From NCBI GenBank assembly GCA_964395655.1, contig CAYNBB010000003.1, positions 1 to 62,337 of the forward strand: 62,337 nucleotides of DNA. The letters are read 5' to 3'. Of this stretch, positions 19,973-29,316 are shown in pieces. The notes below the pieces were generated by a model, which saw only the letters and a list, made by a program, of their open reading frames with translations, was not told the origin of the DNA and made no database searches. This DNA is from an uncultured Azospirillaceae bacterium. GTDB lineage: Bacteria; Pseudomonadota; Alphaproteobacteria; RF32; CAG-239. Every line of letters starts with the position of its first letter. Within the stretch, counting starts at the first letter, position 1. Position numbers and translations under genes: made by a program.

Positions 19973-20395
19973 TTATTTGCCGGCCGAGCCGCTGGACCAG
20001 ATTTTAACGGCGCCGAAACTTTTCAAAAGTTCTTCGCGGCTTTTGGCCTTGACGATTTCGTCTGCGCGGGTTTGGTGTCCTTCAAAAACGATTTCTTCAA
20101 CATTTTCGACCGGAACGGCATAGACGCGTTCAACCATTTTGCCCTTGAGTTCGACAATCATCACAAATTCGGATTCGGCCAGCGGTGCCGCCGTTTCTTC
20201 GTGAATGTCGTCCAGACGTACCGCCAGATGAGCGTCTCTCTTCAGCAGAGCGGTCTGTCTGCCGTCAAATTCCAACACCGGATTTTCCGGAAGGCCGTCG
20301 CGCGCGTCGATAAAAATCGCCAGTTCGCCGTATTTGTTTTCGATGATTTCGTAAAAATCCTGTTTCTCAATCAGAGTATAATATTGTGTTTCCAT
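19973..20395 (-). CDS. Hypothetical protein, 140 aa
   Basis: ORF co-oriented with and 17 nt upstream of the EIIA gene. No P-loop or other motif recognised. Confidence 0.45.
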   Translation of the reverse strand: METQYYTLIEKQDFYEIIENKYGELAIFIDARDGLPENPVLEFDGRQTALLKRDAHLAVRLDDIHEETAAPLAESEFVMIVELKGKMVERVYAVPVENVEEIVFEGHQTRADEIVKAKSREELLKSFGAVKIWSSGSAGK

Positions 20396-20477
20396 ACCTT
20401 CGGGGCCTTCTTCGTTGAGTAAATTTTAAATTTATGTTATTACAATAATCGAAAAGTGTCAATTTTGAGTTAAAGCC

Positions 20478-22238
20478 ATGGAAAAAAACGCAGTAAAATT
20501 TGTCTGGCATTATGCCGGAATTTTTAAATGGTTTATTCTTTTGATGATTCTTTTGCTGGTTGTCGGACAGGTTTGCCGTCAGTTTATGCCGTATTACCTG
20601 TCGCGGCTGTATGATTCGGTTTCCACATTTGCCGATACGCCGCAGGCCTGGCACGGCATTTTGTTTTGTATTTTTATGGCTTTTGTCATGCAGTTTGTCG
20701 GCTCTGTCATTGCCAACAGCAATTTCTTTATTGTCGCGCATATTATTCCGCGGCTTCGGACGATTGTCATCCGCGACGTTTTTGACTACGTCAACAGACA
20801 CTCGATGGCGTTTTTTACCGAGGAAATGACCGGCAACATATCTAATAAGATACAGCAACTTGAAAACGGTACCTGTGACCTGATGGAACGCAGCGTCGAC
20901 GCTTCATGGGGGTTGTTTTATGTTGTGGTGGGTCTGGTGGTTCTAAGCTCGGTCAGCGTCTGGCTGACGCCGGTTTTTGCTTTGTGGTCGGTCTGTATCA
21001 TTGCTCTCGGTTTTTACCTCGGCCGAAAGATAAATCTTCTTTCCAAAGAAACCGGCAGGGAGCAGAGCCGCGCCAATGGCATGATTGTCGATTCGATAGC
21101 CAATTACAGCGAGATAAAAAGTTTTGCCAATTTTCGTTTTGAACGCCTGCATCTGTTGAGGGCGTTGCGCCGTCTGCGCAAAGCCGAAAGCCGCGAGCAG
21201 TTCGGACAGGGAAGCATTATCATGATTCAGCATCTGTCGGTCGTTGTTTCGTTCTTGGGGTTTATGCTGTACAGTATTTGGTTGTTTTCCGAAGAAATAT
21301 TGAGCGCTGCGGACTTTATTTTTGTCAATGCGTTGTTCATGACCATGAGCGGAACAATTTTCAACATTACCTGGTCTTACAACGGACTGTTGCGTATCTT
21401 CGGCAAAATAACCTCCGCGTTGGAAACGTTGTCGGTCGAGCCCGAAATTGACGATTCCCCGCAAGCCCGAAAAATCGCTTTTGATAAGGTGCGGATTGAT
21501 TTTGAAAACGTCGGTTTTGCATATAAAACGCGTCACCGGATTTTTTCCGGCCTGAATTTAAGCATAAAACCGGGTGAAAAAATTGGTCTGGTCGGACCTT
21601 CCGGCGGCGGAAAGTCGACGTTTATCAAGCTCCTGGCGCGTTATTATGACGTTTCCGAAGGCGGCGTCAAAATCAACGGCGTTGATTTGCGCGACATGAC
21701 ACAGGAATCGCTGCACCGGATGATTGCCGCCATTCCGCAGGATGTCTGCCTGTTTAACCGTTCGCTTTACGAAAATATCCGTTATGGGCGTACTTCGGCA
21801 ACGGAAGCCGAAATTTACGAGGCCGCCGAAAAAGCCGCTGCCGATGAGTTTATCCGCCGACTTCCCAAAGGTTACCGGACGGTTGTCGGCGATCGCGGCG
21901 TCATTCTTTCGGGCGGTGAGCGTCAGCGTATTGCAATTGCCCGTGCCATCCTTAAAAATGCGCCGATTCTGGTTTTTGACGAAGCGACATCGGCTTTGGA
22001 CAGCGAGAGCGAAAAGCATATTCAGAAGTCGCTTTCGCTGCTGATGAAGAACAAAACCGTGATCGCTGTCGCGCATAGGCTTTCAACATTGCGCGAAATG
22101 GATCGGATTTTGGTTTTGGACGACGGCAAAATTATTGAGGAAGGCTCGCACAAATCGCTGTTGCGCAAAAAAGGAACCTATTACAAACTCTATAACATGC
22201 AGGCCGATGGTTTTCTGAACTATTCTTCAAACAGCTGA
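20478..22238 (+). CDS. ABC exporter, fused permease/ATPase (MsbA-like family)
   Basis: An N-terminal six-TM-like region, then Walker A GPSGGGKST, signature LSGGERQRIAIARA, Walker B ILVFDEATSALD and H-loop AVAHRL. Confidence 0.9.
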   Translation: MEKNAVKFVWHYAGIFKWFILLMILLLVVGQVCRQFMPYYLSRLYDSVSTFADTPQAWHGILFCIFMAFVMQFVGSVIANSNFFIVAHIIPRLRTIVIRDVFDYVNRHSMAFFTEEMTGNISNKIQQLENGTCDLMERSVDASWGLFYVVVGLVVLSSVSVWLTPVFALWSVCIIALGFYLGRKINLLSKETGREQSRANGMIVDSIANYSEIKSFANFRFERLHLLRALRRLRKAESREQFGQGSIIMIQHLSVVVSFLGFMLYSIWLFSEEILSAADFIFVNALFMTMSGTIFNITWSYNGLLRIFGKITSALETLSVEPEIDDSPQARKIAFDKVRIDFENVGFAYKTRHRIFSGLNLSIKPGEKIGLVGPSGGGKSTFIKLLARYYDVSEGGVKINGVDLRDMTQESLHRMIAAIPQDVCLFNRSLYENIRYGRTSATEAEIYEAAEKAAADEFIRRLPKGYRTVVGDRGVILSGGERQRIAIARAILKNAPILVFDEATSALDSESEKHIQKSLSLLMKNKTVIAVAHRLSTLREMDRILVLDDGKIIEEGSHKSLLRKKGTYYKLYNMQADGFLNYSSNS

Positions 22239-23434
22239 TTGTCTTCAATATGCAGAAAACGGGCTTTGCCGCGCAGGCTGTCAAACAGCTCGGCGTTGGT
22301 TGAAGTAATCCAGGCTTGCACGTTAAGTTCCTGAATTTTGCAAATAAGAGCTTCACGCTTGAGGTCGTCCAAATGAGCGACGACTTCGTCCAGAAGCATG
22401 ATCGGTGCAAATCCCTTATACAAAGACTGGCATTTGCTTTGTGCGAGAATAATGCTGATAAGCAGCGACTTTTGCTCTCCGGTGGAGCAGAGGTCGGCAG
22501 GCATGCCTTTTTTGCGGTAATAGACCTTAAAATCTGTTCGGTTAACGCCGTCAATCGTGTCGTTATAAATCACGTTGCGGCGCATTTTGTGCAAAATTTC
22601 GCGATAGCGGTCTTCTGCTTCAATTGCCGGCAGAGTATCGAGCAGCTTTTCAATCGTACCGTCGAGCTCCAGTCGCACACTCGGAAAAACATCGTCGGGC
22701 TCGTGTTCGATAAAGGTATTGAGACGCGCAATCTGTTCGCGCCGCGCCGCTGCAATCGCTACGCCGGCCGACGCCATGTTTTCTTCAAGGCCGGAAAGCC
22801 AGAAATTATCCTGCTTGCCGTCTTTGAGCAGGCGGTACCATTCTTTGTACAAATGTTCAAAAGAAGAAATGCGTTTGGCATGTTCCGCGTCAAAGTCATA
22901 AACCAGACGATCCAGAAAACTGCGCCGCGGCTGGCTTCCGCCGCGAAACAACCGATCCATCTGCGGTGTCAGCCAGATAGCCGATATATAATTGCCGAGT
23001 TCAGCCTGCGAAGAAACTTTGTTGCCGTCGATTTTTACGATTCTTCTTTCAAAATTCCGAGAGCCGTCTTCGTCTTCGCCGACTTCGCGCAACACCGGTT
23101 CGACCGCAGTGGCAATATCATAACAATCGTCGCCTTTGCTGACCTTGGCCGCGACCGCCCAGCTGACGATACTGTTGAAAGATGAGCCTTCCGTTGCCGA
23201 AATGCGTTTGATGTCGGCCAGTCTGGCGCCGCGCAAACCGCGCCCAGGCGTCAGAAAAGAAATTGCTTCTAGAATATTGGTCTTGCCGGCGCCGTTGTCT
23301 CCGGTAATGACAATCGGTTCCGTTCCGGCATTTATGCGCAAAAACTGATAGTTCCTGAAGTCAGTTAAAGTCAGACGCATAACGCCTGACTTTTCAACTG
23401 CAAAACTATCCAAGTTATATGCCAGATTATCCAT
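22220..23434 (-). CDS. recF: DNA replication and repair protein RecF
   Basis: LTLTDFRNYQ, Walker A GDNGAGKTNILEAISFL, signature-like STGEQKSLLISI and MLLDEVVAHLD. It follows dnaN. Its 3' end overlaps the convergent ABC gene by 19 nt. Confidence 0.92.
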   Translation of the reverse strand: MDNLAYNLDSFAVEKSGVMRLTLTDFRNYQFLRINAGTEPIVITGDNGAGKTNILEAISFLTPGRGLRGARLADIKRISATEGSSFNSIVSWAVAAKVSKGDDCYDIATAVEPVLREVGEDEDGSRNFERRIVKIDGNKVSSQAELGNYISAIWLTPQMDRLFRGGSQPRRSFLDRLVYDFDAEHAKRISSFEHLYKEWYRLLKDGKQDNFWLSGLEENMASAGVAIAAARREQIARLNTFIEHEPDDVFPSVRLELDGTIEKLLDTLPAIEAEDRYREILHKMRRNVIYNDTIDGVNRTDFKVYYRKKGMPADLCSTGEQKSLLISIILAQSKCQSLYKGFAPIMLLDEVVAHLDDLKREALICKIQELNVQAWITSTNAELFDSLRGKARFLHIEDNQLFEE

Positions 23435-23445
23435 CTTTTTGCGTG

Positions 23446-24570
23446 CTATACTCTCATAGGCATCAAAACGTAGATCGCGCTGGCGTCGGAAGTGTCATGA
23501 ATAACCGACGGGGAAGAACCGTCCGCGAAAGAAACACGAACCGTTTCACCTTTGATTTCGGCCAGAATATCGAGCAGATAACGGAAATTATATCCGATTT
23601 CCAGAGGCTCTGATTCATATTTTGCTTCCAAATCTTCCGAAGCGCTGCCGAGATCGGGGCTGGACGTTACAATCGTTACTTTGTTCGGATGCGTCAGCAT
23701 TTTAATGGCGCGGGTACGTTCGGCGACAACCGATACGCGATCAACTGCCGAAGCAAGTTCTTTGACGTTAAGCTCAAGATTTTTGTCATTGTCTGTCGGA
23801 ATGACGCGCTCATAGTCGGGGTACGTTCCGTCAATAAGTTTCGATGTCAGGGTAACGTCGGCAAAAGAAAAGCGAACTTTGTTTTCCGATATTTCGACCG
23901 TTACGTTTTCAACCGAATTGTCATCCAGCAGCTTTCTGATTTCGGTAATCGTTTTGCGCGGAATAATTACGCCTTTGAGTTCTTCGGCGCCTTGCGGCAG
24001 CGGTGTTTCGACGCAGGCCAGACGGTGACCGTCGGTGGCGACGACGCGCAGAACGCTGGATGAGCCTTCTTTCTTGGCATGAACATACAAACCGTTCAGG
24101 TAATATCTGGTTTCTTCGGTCGAAACGGCAAACTGCGTACGGTCAATCACGTCTTTAAGTTCGTCTTTGGCCATCACGAAACTGGTCGGAAGCTTGTCGC
24201 CGGAAATAACGGGAAAGTCTTCGACGCCGATTGTCGACAGCGAAAATTTAGAACGTCCCGAAGATATGGTTAACTGACCTTTTTCGTCGGGGAACGTCAA
24301 CTCGACCTGTGAACCGTCGGAGAGTTTGCGTACAATGTCATAAAGCATGTGTGCCGGAGCGGTCGTTGCACCGGTTTCAACAATTTTTGCGTCAGTAATT
24401 TCTGTAATTTCGGTGTCCATGTCTGTTGCTTTAAAGCTTATGCCGTCACCCAGCGCTTCAATACGGACGTTTGACAGAACGGGAATAGTGTTTCTTTTTT
24501 CGACAATGCTCTGGACATGGCTGAGCGTTTTTAATAAGTTTGCGCGTTCAATAGTAAATTTCATGTTCAA
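23446..24570 (-). CDS. dnaN: DNA polymerase III beta sliding clamp
   Basis: 374 aa. MKFTIERANLLKTLSHVQSIVEKRNTIPVLSNV, TDGHRLA and a C-terminal YVLMPMRV. Confidence 0.95.
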   Translation of the reverse strand: MNMKFTIERANLLKTLSHVQSIVEKRNTIPVLSNVRIEALGDGISFKATDMDTEITEITDAKIVETGATTAPAHMLYDIVRKLSDGSQVELTFPDEKGQLTISSGRSKFSLSTIGVEDFPVISGDKLPTSFVMAKDELKDVIDRTQFAVSTEETRYYLNGLYVHAKKEGSSSVLRVVATDGHRLACVETPLPQGAEELKGVIIPRKTITEIRKLLDDNSVENVTVEISENKVRFSFADVTLTSKLIDGTYPDYERVIPTDNDKNLELNVKELASAVDRVSVVAERTRAIKMLTHPNKVTIVTSSPDLGSASEDLEAKYESEPLEIGYNFRYLLDILAEIKGETVRVSFADGSSPSVIHDTSDASAIYVLMPMRV

Positions 24571-24772
24571 TTTCCACCAATGGTTAGAATCAAAAACGGT
24601 CTACCGTTAATTTATAACCGATTTTAGCATAAACTCCGAAAATCAGAAACTCAATCGACGAATCATCAACAACTTTTTTGGCTTTTTCAAAAGCCGTTCT
24701 CTCTGAAAGTTTGTCCGGTTTTCTGCTCGAAACTTTTGCCGGATCGTTTCATGCCTTTGGGATACCAAAATA

Positions 24773-24798
24773 CCGGCAGACGCTTTCTGCGCTGCCGG
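24773..24798 (-). terminator. Hairpin terminator after dnaA
   Basis: The minus strand reads CCGGCAGCGC-agaaa-GCGTCTGCCGG followed by TATTTTGG, 19 nt after the dnaA stop. Confidence 0.6.
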
Positions 24799-24816
24799 AA
24801 TTTTGTTGTCAGATAC

Positions 24817-26256
24817 TTAGGCTTCCAGAGCTCTTCTCAGAGCATCAACGTTTTCGGCCAGCGAAACGTCTTCAACGATCAGTTCTTCGACTTTGCGAAC
24901 GGCATGCATGACCGTTGTGTGGTCACGGTCGAATTTTCGGCCGATTTCCGGCAGTGAGCGCGAAGTCAGCTGTTTGGCCAGATACATTGCGATCTGGCGC
25001 GGGCGAGCCACGGTGCGGGCACGGCGCGAAGACTGCATTTCCTTGACCGAAATGTTAAAATGTTCAGCCACTTTTTTCTGGATTTCGTCAATGGTCGTAC
25101 GTTTGTCAAACGAACGCAGCATATCTTTGAGAACGTCCTGCGTCATGTCAAGCGTAATCTCTTTGTCGGACAAAAGTTGCGAATGAGCGATCACGCGGCG
25201 CAGAGCACCTTCGAGCTCGCGGATGTTGGAAGTGATTTTCTGCGCCAGAAATTCGGCAACGCGCTCAGGCAGTTCAATTCCGAGCTGACGGGCTTTATTG
25301 TTGAGAATGCCCATTCTGAGGTCAAAGTCGGTTGCATGGATGTCTGCAACCAGACCGCAGCCGAGACGCGATTTGAGGCGGGTTTCGATTCCTTCCAGAT
25401 CCGCCGGAGATTTGTCGGCGGAAATGATAATCTGACGGCCTTCTTCGATCAGCGAATTGAAGGTGTAAAAGAACTCTTCCTGCGTCGTGTCTTTGCCGCC
25501 CATAAACTGAACGTCGTCCACCATCAAAACGTCAACCGAGCGAAATTGCTCTTTGAATGCGGTAGTATCTTTGTAACGCAAAGCGCGTACGAATTTGTAC
25601 ATGAACTTTTCGGCCGACAGATAAACGATGTTGCGGCTCGGATCCTGCTGTTTGATATGCCAGGCGATGGCGTGCATGAGGTGTGTCTTGCCGAGGCCGA
25701 CGCCGGAATACAAAAACAGGGGATTAAAAGAGATATTTCTCGATTCGGCGACTTTGCGGGCGGCGGCATAAGCAAATTCGTTGGTTTTGCCGACAACGAA
25801 ATTGTCAAAAGTGTACTGAGGATTCAGAGGAACAGAAAGGGAGTCGTTCAGAGAACCTTCGTTGCTGTTGGCAATAACGTTGTTGATTCCGGATTGATAA
25901 ATGTTTTGCGGCGACGGCGTCGACGTGATTTTCTTCAAAAGCGAGCGACAGGTCGGATCATAGAGGCTGCGCGGTTCTTCCTGAACGGATTGGACGACAA
26001 AGTTAATGTTTTTAATCGCGGGATTCTTCTTTTCCCAAATTTTGTGAATACGGTCGCTGTAGTGCGTGATAACCCAGTTTCTCATAAAGCGTGTCGGAAC
26101 GCAGACATTCATAACGCCGTCGTTAAAAGAACCCGGTGTCAAAGGCTTCAGCCAGCTGTCAAAAGCGGTTTCCCCGACCTCGGTTCTCAACTGGCTGCAA
26201 ATCTGACCCCACTGATCCTGCACGGAACTGTCGTTATTTATTGCTTCTTCAGCCAT
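24817..26256 (-). CDS. dnaA: Chromosomal replication initiator DnaA
   Basis: AAA+ Walker A GVGLGKTHLMHAI, Walker B VLMVDDVQF, and a domain IV signature ending RDHTTVMHAVRKV. I prefer the ATG at 26256 (MAEEAINN), preceded by GGGGAG, over the ORF-track start at 26340. Confidence 0.95.
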   Translation of the reverse strand: MAEEAINNDSSVQDQWGQICSQLRTEVGETAFDSWLKPLTPGSFNDGVMNVCVPTRFMRNWVITHYSDRIHKIWEKKNPAIKNINFVVQSVQEEPRSLYDPTCRSLLKKITSTPSPQNIYQSGINNVIANSNEGSLNDSLSVPLNPQYTFDNFVVGKTNEFAYAAARKVAESRNISFNPLFLYSGVGLGKTHLMHAIAWHIKQQDPSRNIVYLSAEKFMYKFVRALRYKDTTAFKEQFRSVDVLMVDDVQFMGGKDTTQEEFFYTFNSLIEEGRQIIISADKSPADLEGIETRLKSRLGCGLVADIHATDFDLRMGILNNKARQLGIELPERVAEFLAQKITSNIRELEGALRRVIAHSQLLSDKEITLDMTQDVLKDMLRSFDKRTTIDEIQKKVAEHFNISVKEMQSSRRARTVARPRQIAMYLAKQLTSRSLPEIGRKFDRDHTTVMHAVRKVEELIVEDVSLAENVDALRRALEA

Positions 26257-26570
26257 TTTTACTCCCCAATTTAAATCAAAAATTAAACCCGAGATTAACC
26301 TTGCATAAACCGTCTTTTTTGCCCGCCGAAAATTCGGCAAAACTTTTTCGAATTTTGTTTTGTTCGAGCCCCGTGTGTCCGGTGTCCAAACAAAAACTAC
26401 TGTTCTCCGAAGTCAAAAATCTTTTGAAAATCCGTTGCTGTTTCTGCCGAATATCCGGAGACTGTCGTTCCGGCGGAAACCTTTTCAAGATTTTTCGGAC
26501 AATTCCCCAAAAGGCGGAACATGTAGTTGTTAACAAACTAATATCTTTCAATCCAATTTGTCGGGAAAGT

Positions 26571-26729
26571 GATTCGATTTTTTCGTTTTGCTTTCTTAAC
26601 AAATCCTTAAAAAGTGATTCGGATGTTATCGGCTATTGATTCTAAAAACAACCTAAAAACGACAGAACATTAACAGAACATTGCAATTAAATTCCTTGAC
26701 ATAGATTCTCGGCAGAGTCGCAGAGATTC
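26571..26729. promoter_or_regulatory. Cluster of six GANTC motifs in the rpsT-dnaA intergenic region (dnaA leader/promoter)
   Basis: GATTC at 26571, 26616, 26638, 26704 and 26725. GAGTC at 26715. AAGTGATTCG is repeated at 26567-26576 and 26612-26621. The cluster lies 315-475 bp upstream of the preferred dnaA start. Confidence 0.4.
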
Positions 26730-26750
26730 GCCGTTTTCAGATGCAAAAAA

Positions 26751-26795
26751 ACACAAACCGCAATCTGTCGGACAAGTCCGACAGCGGGTTTGTGT
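26751..26795 (-). terminator. Rho-independent terminator after rpsT
   Basis: Long hairpin ACACAAACC(C)GC..CTGTCGGAC-aagt-GTCCGACAG..GGGTTTGTGT, followed on the minus strand by TTTTTTT. Confidence 0.8.
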
Positions 26796-26823
26796 TTTGA
26801 TAAAAAATTCCAAAAAATAAGGA

Positions 26824-27084
26824 CTACAAAGCCTTAATTTTTTTGGACAAACGAGAAACCGTACGAGAAGCTTTGTTCAGTTTGAAAACGCCTTTGTTGA
26901 CGGCTTTCATCATTTCGGATTCCGCGATTTTGAAAGCGGCGGCGGCCTGCTCTTTGTTGCCGTTCAGAATTTCGGCTTCCGTCTTTTTGACGAAAGTGCG
27001 GACGCGGCTTCTGCGGGCGCCGTTGATAACGGCTCTCTTATTGTTTCTTACGATTCTGTTTTTTGCCGATTTATGATTGGCCAT
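26824..27084 (-). CDS. rpsT: 30S ribosomal protein S20
   Basis: MANHKSAKNRIVRNNKRAVINGARRSRVRTFVKK is the typical S20 N-terminus. I chose the internal ATG at 27084 rather than the ORF-track start at 27120. Confidence 0.9.
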   Translation of the reverse strand: MANHKSAKNRIVRNNKRAVINGARRSRVRTFVKKTEAEILNGNKEQAAAAFKIAESEMMKAVNKGVFKLNKASRTVSRLSKKIKAL

Positions 27085-27196
27085 TTCTCTTATTCCATTT
27101 CCATAAAAAGTTAAAGACAAGTTTTTAAATGTAATGCTTTATAAACTCTAAGTGCTTAGGAAGTCAACAATAATTTTGTCCGCAAAGCCGATTCTC

Positions 27197-27952
27197 TTAC
27201 ATTTTTTGCTCAAATTTCGCCAAAATCTGCTGAAATTCCGGCGTGTTCAGTGCCAGACGGCAGCTTTTTGCTTCCAATTCATAGCCGTTGCTGAGATTCA
27301 TGTCTTCAACCTGAGAGATTGTTTCTTTGGCCTGAATCACCGCCTGATAAGGCAGAGACGAGATTCGCATAGCCGTCTTTAACGCTTCGTCTTCCAAATC
27401 GATAAGGTTGACTACGCGGCTGATGAGTCCGCAGGCCTCGGCTTCTTCCGCCGATATTGCCTTGCCGGTCAGGATTGCCTCCATGGCTTTGGCTTTGCCG
27501 ACGGAGTGCACCAGTCTGGTGCAGCCGCCGAAAGACGGAATAAACCCGATGCTCACTTCCGGATACCCGAACTGGGCGGATTCCGAGGCCAGAATAATGT
27601 CGCAGGCCAGTGCCAGATCGCAGCCGATGCCGAGCGCATAGCCGGAAACCGCGGCAATCAGCGGCTTGGCGCAATGAGCGATTTTGGCAAATTCGTCTTT
27701 CCAGGCTTTAAGCGCAAAGCTTTGTTGCGAGACTTCGGCGCTGAGTTCGGCGATGTCGATTCCCGAGGCGAAGACGTCGGGTTGTCCCTTGATGATAATT
27801 GTGCGGACGGAGTCGTCGTATTCCCATGTCTGTACCTGATAGGAAATGTCGTTCAGCATTTCGAGACTTATTGCGTTGGCTTTGTCGGTTCGGTTCAGGG
27901 TTATAATGCCGATATTGCCGTTTGTTTCGATCAAAATGTTTGATTCTTCCAT
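27197..27952 (-). CDS. Enoyl-CoA hydratase/isomerase (crotonase) family protein
   Basis: ITLNRTDKANAIS, FASGIDIAEL, AAVSGYALGIGCDLALACDI and FGYPEVSIGFIPSFGG. Confidence 0.85.
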   Translation of the reverse strand: MEESNILIETNGNIGIITLNRTDKANAISLEMLNDISYQVQTWEYDDSVRTIIIKGQPDVFASGIDIAELSAEVSQQSFALKAWKDEFAKIAHCAKPLIAAVSGYALGIGCDLALACDIILASESAQFGYPEVSIGFIPSFGGCTRLVHSVGKAKAMEAILTGKAISAEEAEACGLISRVVNLIDLEDEALKTAMRISSLPYQAVIQAKETISQVEDMNLSNGYELEAKSCRLALNTPEFQQILAKFEQKM

Positions 27953-27961
27953 GGCCGGATC

Positions 27962-28318
27962 CTATATCTTGCTTTTGACTGTGATTCTGACAACCAGCGG
28001 TTTCTTCGATTCGCAGGAAATGTCCATAACTTCTTCCTCGCGTTCATAAACGAGAGTGTCGCCGCGTTTGCCCTGAAAACTCCAGCCCAGTTCGGGCAGG
28101 TTTTTGGCATAAAACTGCTGTACCTGTCTAAAGTTGAGTATATCGCTGGTCAGCAGCGTGTCGACCAGACGGCTTTCTTCATTGCCGAAAGAAATGTTGT
28201 CATTGCTCGGCTGCACCATGCCATCGGGCATCGGCACGTCTTCGAGTCCCTCGATAAAAGTCGCTCGGCCTTCAAAACTGATTAAACAGGCAATAAGAAT
28301 AAGTATCAGCTGTTTCAT
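27962..28318 (-). CDS. Hypothetical secreted protein, 118 aa
   Basis: N-terminal signal-like MKQLILILIACLISFEGRA. No domain recognised. Confidence 0.45.
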   Translation of the reverse strand: MKQLILILIACLISFEGRATFIEGLEDVPMPDGMVQPSNDNISFGNEESRLVDTLLTSDILNFRQVQQFYAKNLPELGWSFQGKRGDTLVYEREEEVMDISCESKKPLVVRITVKSKI

Positions 28319-28328
28319 TTGTCGTTTC

Positions 28329-29168
28329 CTATTTTTGTTTGCGCGGGCAATAGAAGGTAGAACGCCCAGCTATAATCGTCTTGAGGATTCCGCCGGTCTT
28401 TGCCGTATCGCATGTGCACAAAGGACATTTTTGCCCGGTTTTGTTATAAACGCAATGCAAATTTTGAAAATACCCCGGACTTCCGTCCGGTTTTTCATAA
28501 TCTTTAAGCGTCGAACCGCCGGCGTCAATGGCGCTTTGCAGCGTTTTTCGAACAGCATCGATTAGTTTTTTGCATTCGTTCCGCCTCACTTCGTCGGCCG
28601 GACGCAGCGGCGATATAGCGGCATGATACAATGCTTCCGAGGCATAAATGTTGCCGATTCCCGCCACGATTTTCTGATCCAGCAGCGCCGCTTTGAGCGG
28701 AATTCGTTTCTTTTGCAGTCGGCTGTAAAGATAATCCGCCGTCAAAGCCTCATCAAAAGGCTCCGGCCCCATTTGGGCCAGCAGCGGGTGTTCGCTCACC
28801 GTGGCGGTTTTGCAATAGGTAAACAGGCCGAAACGACGCGCGTCGTTATAAACCAGACAGCCTTTGTCGGTATAAATGATGATGTGGTCATGTTTGCCGG
28901 GCGGATCGGGCGGCGTATCGCAGAGGAGAACTCTGCCGCTCATGCCCATGTGCCAGATAATGCTCAAACCGTTGTCAAGATGAACGAGTATATATTTGGC
29001 GCGCCGTTGATAGCCGACAATCCTGCAGTTTCGAAGGCGCTCTTCGGTATCTTCCGGCACCGGCAGCCGCAGCCGACGATTGCAAATAACGACATTGTCG
29101 ATTCTCGCTCGGCCGATACGGCGCTCGATGGCTGTTTTGATTGTTTCGACTTCTGGCAACTCCGGCAT
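28329..29168 (-). CDS. mutM: Formamidopyrimidine-DNA glycosylase
   Basis: MPELPEVETI N-terminus (catalytic Pro2), an H2TH region, and a C-terminal zinc finger CPLCTCD...FYCPRKQ. The ORF-track N-terminal extension to 29270 is rejected. Confidence 0.9.
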   Translation of the reverse strand: MPELPEVETIKTAIERRIGRARIDNVVICNRRLRLPVPEDTEERLRNCRIVGYQRRAKYILVHLDNGLSIIWHMGMSGRVLLCDTPPDPPGKHDHIIIYTDKGCLVYNDARRFGLFTYCKTATVSEHPLLAQMGPEPFDEALTADYLYSRLQKKRIPLKAALLDQKIVAGIGNIYASEALYHAAISPLRPADEVRRNECKKLIDAVRKTLQSAIDAGGSTLKDYEKPDGSPGYFQNLHCVYNKTGQKCPLCTCDTAKTGGILKTIIAGRSTFYCPRKQK

Positions 29169-29316
29169 GATACCCTCTTTGTATTTGTTCCATACTAGAA
29201 AAATTTTGCATAAGATACAATACAAATAAATAAAGACAGACAAAGGCAAATGACAAATTACGAATGACAAACAACAAAATTAAGGTTATACTGTTCCGGT
29301 TAATTTGGAAAGGACA

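Noticed and set aside
26257-26340. N-terminal extension of dnaA (ORF-track start at 26340). Similar extensions affect mutM (to 29270), rpsT (to 27120), yejB (to 40753), yejA (to 42477), rpsA (to 53220), gpmI (to 6693), tsaB (32542) and the NarL regulator (54564).
   Set aside because: The internal starts give the canonical protein N-termini (e.g. MPELPEV for MutM, MANHKSAKNR for S20), have RBS-like sequences or ATGA coupling, and remove overlaps with neighbouring genes.
26257-26823. Possible chromosomal origin (oriC) in the rpsT-dnaA spacer
   Set aside because: I could not find convincing DnaA boxes (TTATCCACA or close variants) or an obvious AT-rich unwinding element. In alphaproteobacteria the origin is often not next to dnaA. 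Only the GANTC cluster is reported. GC-skew on the full genome is needed.
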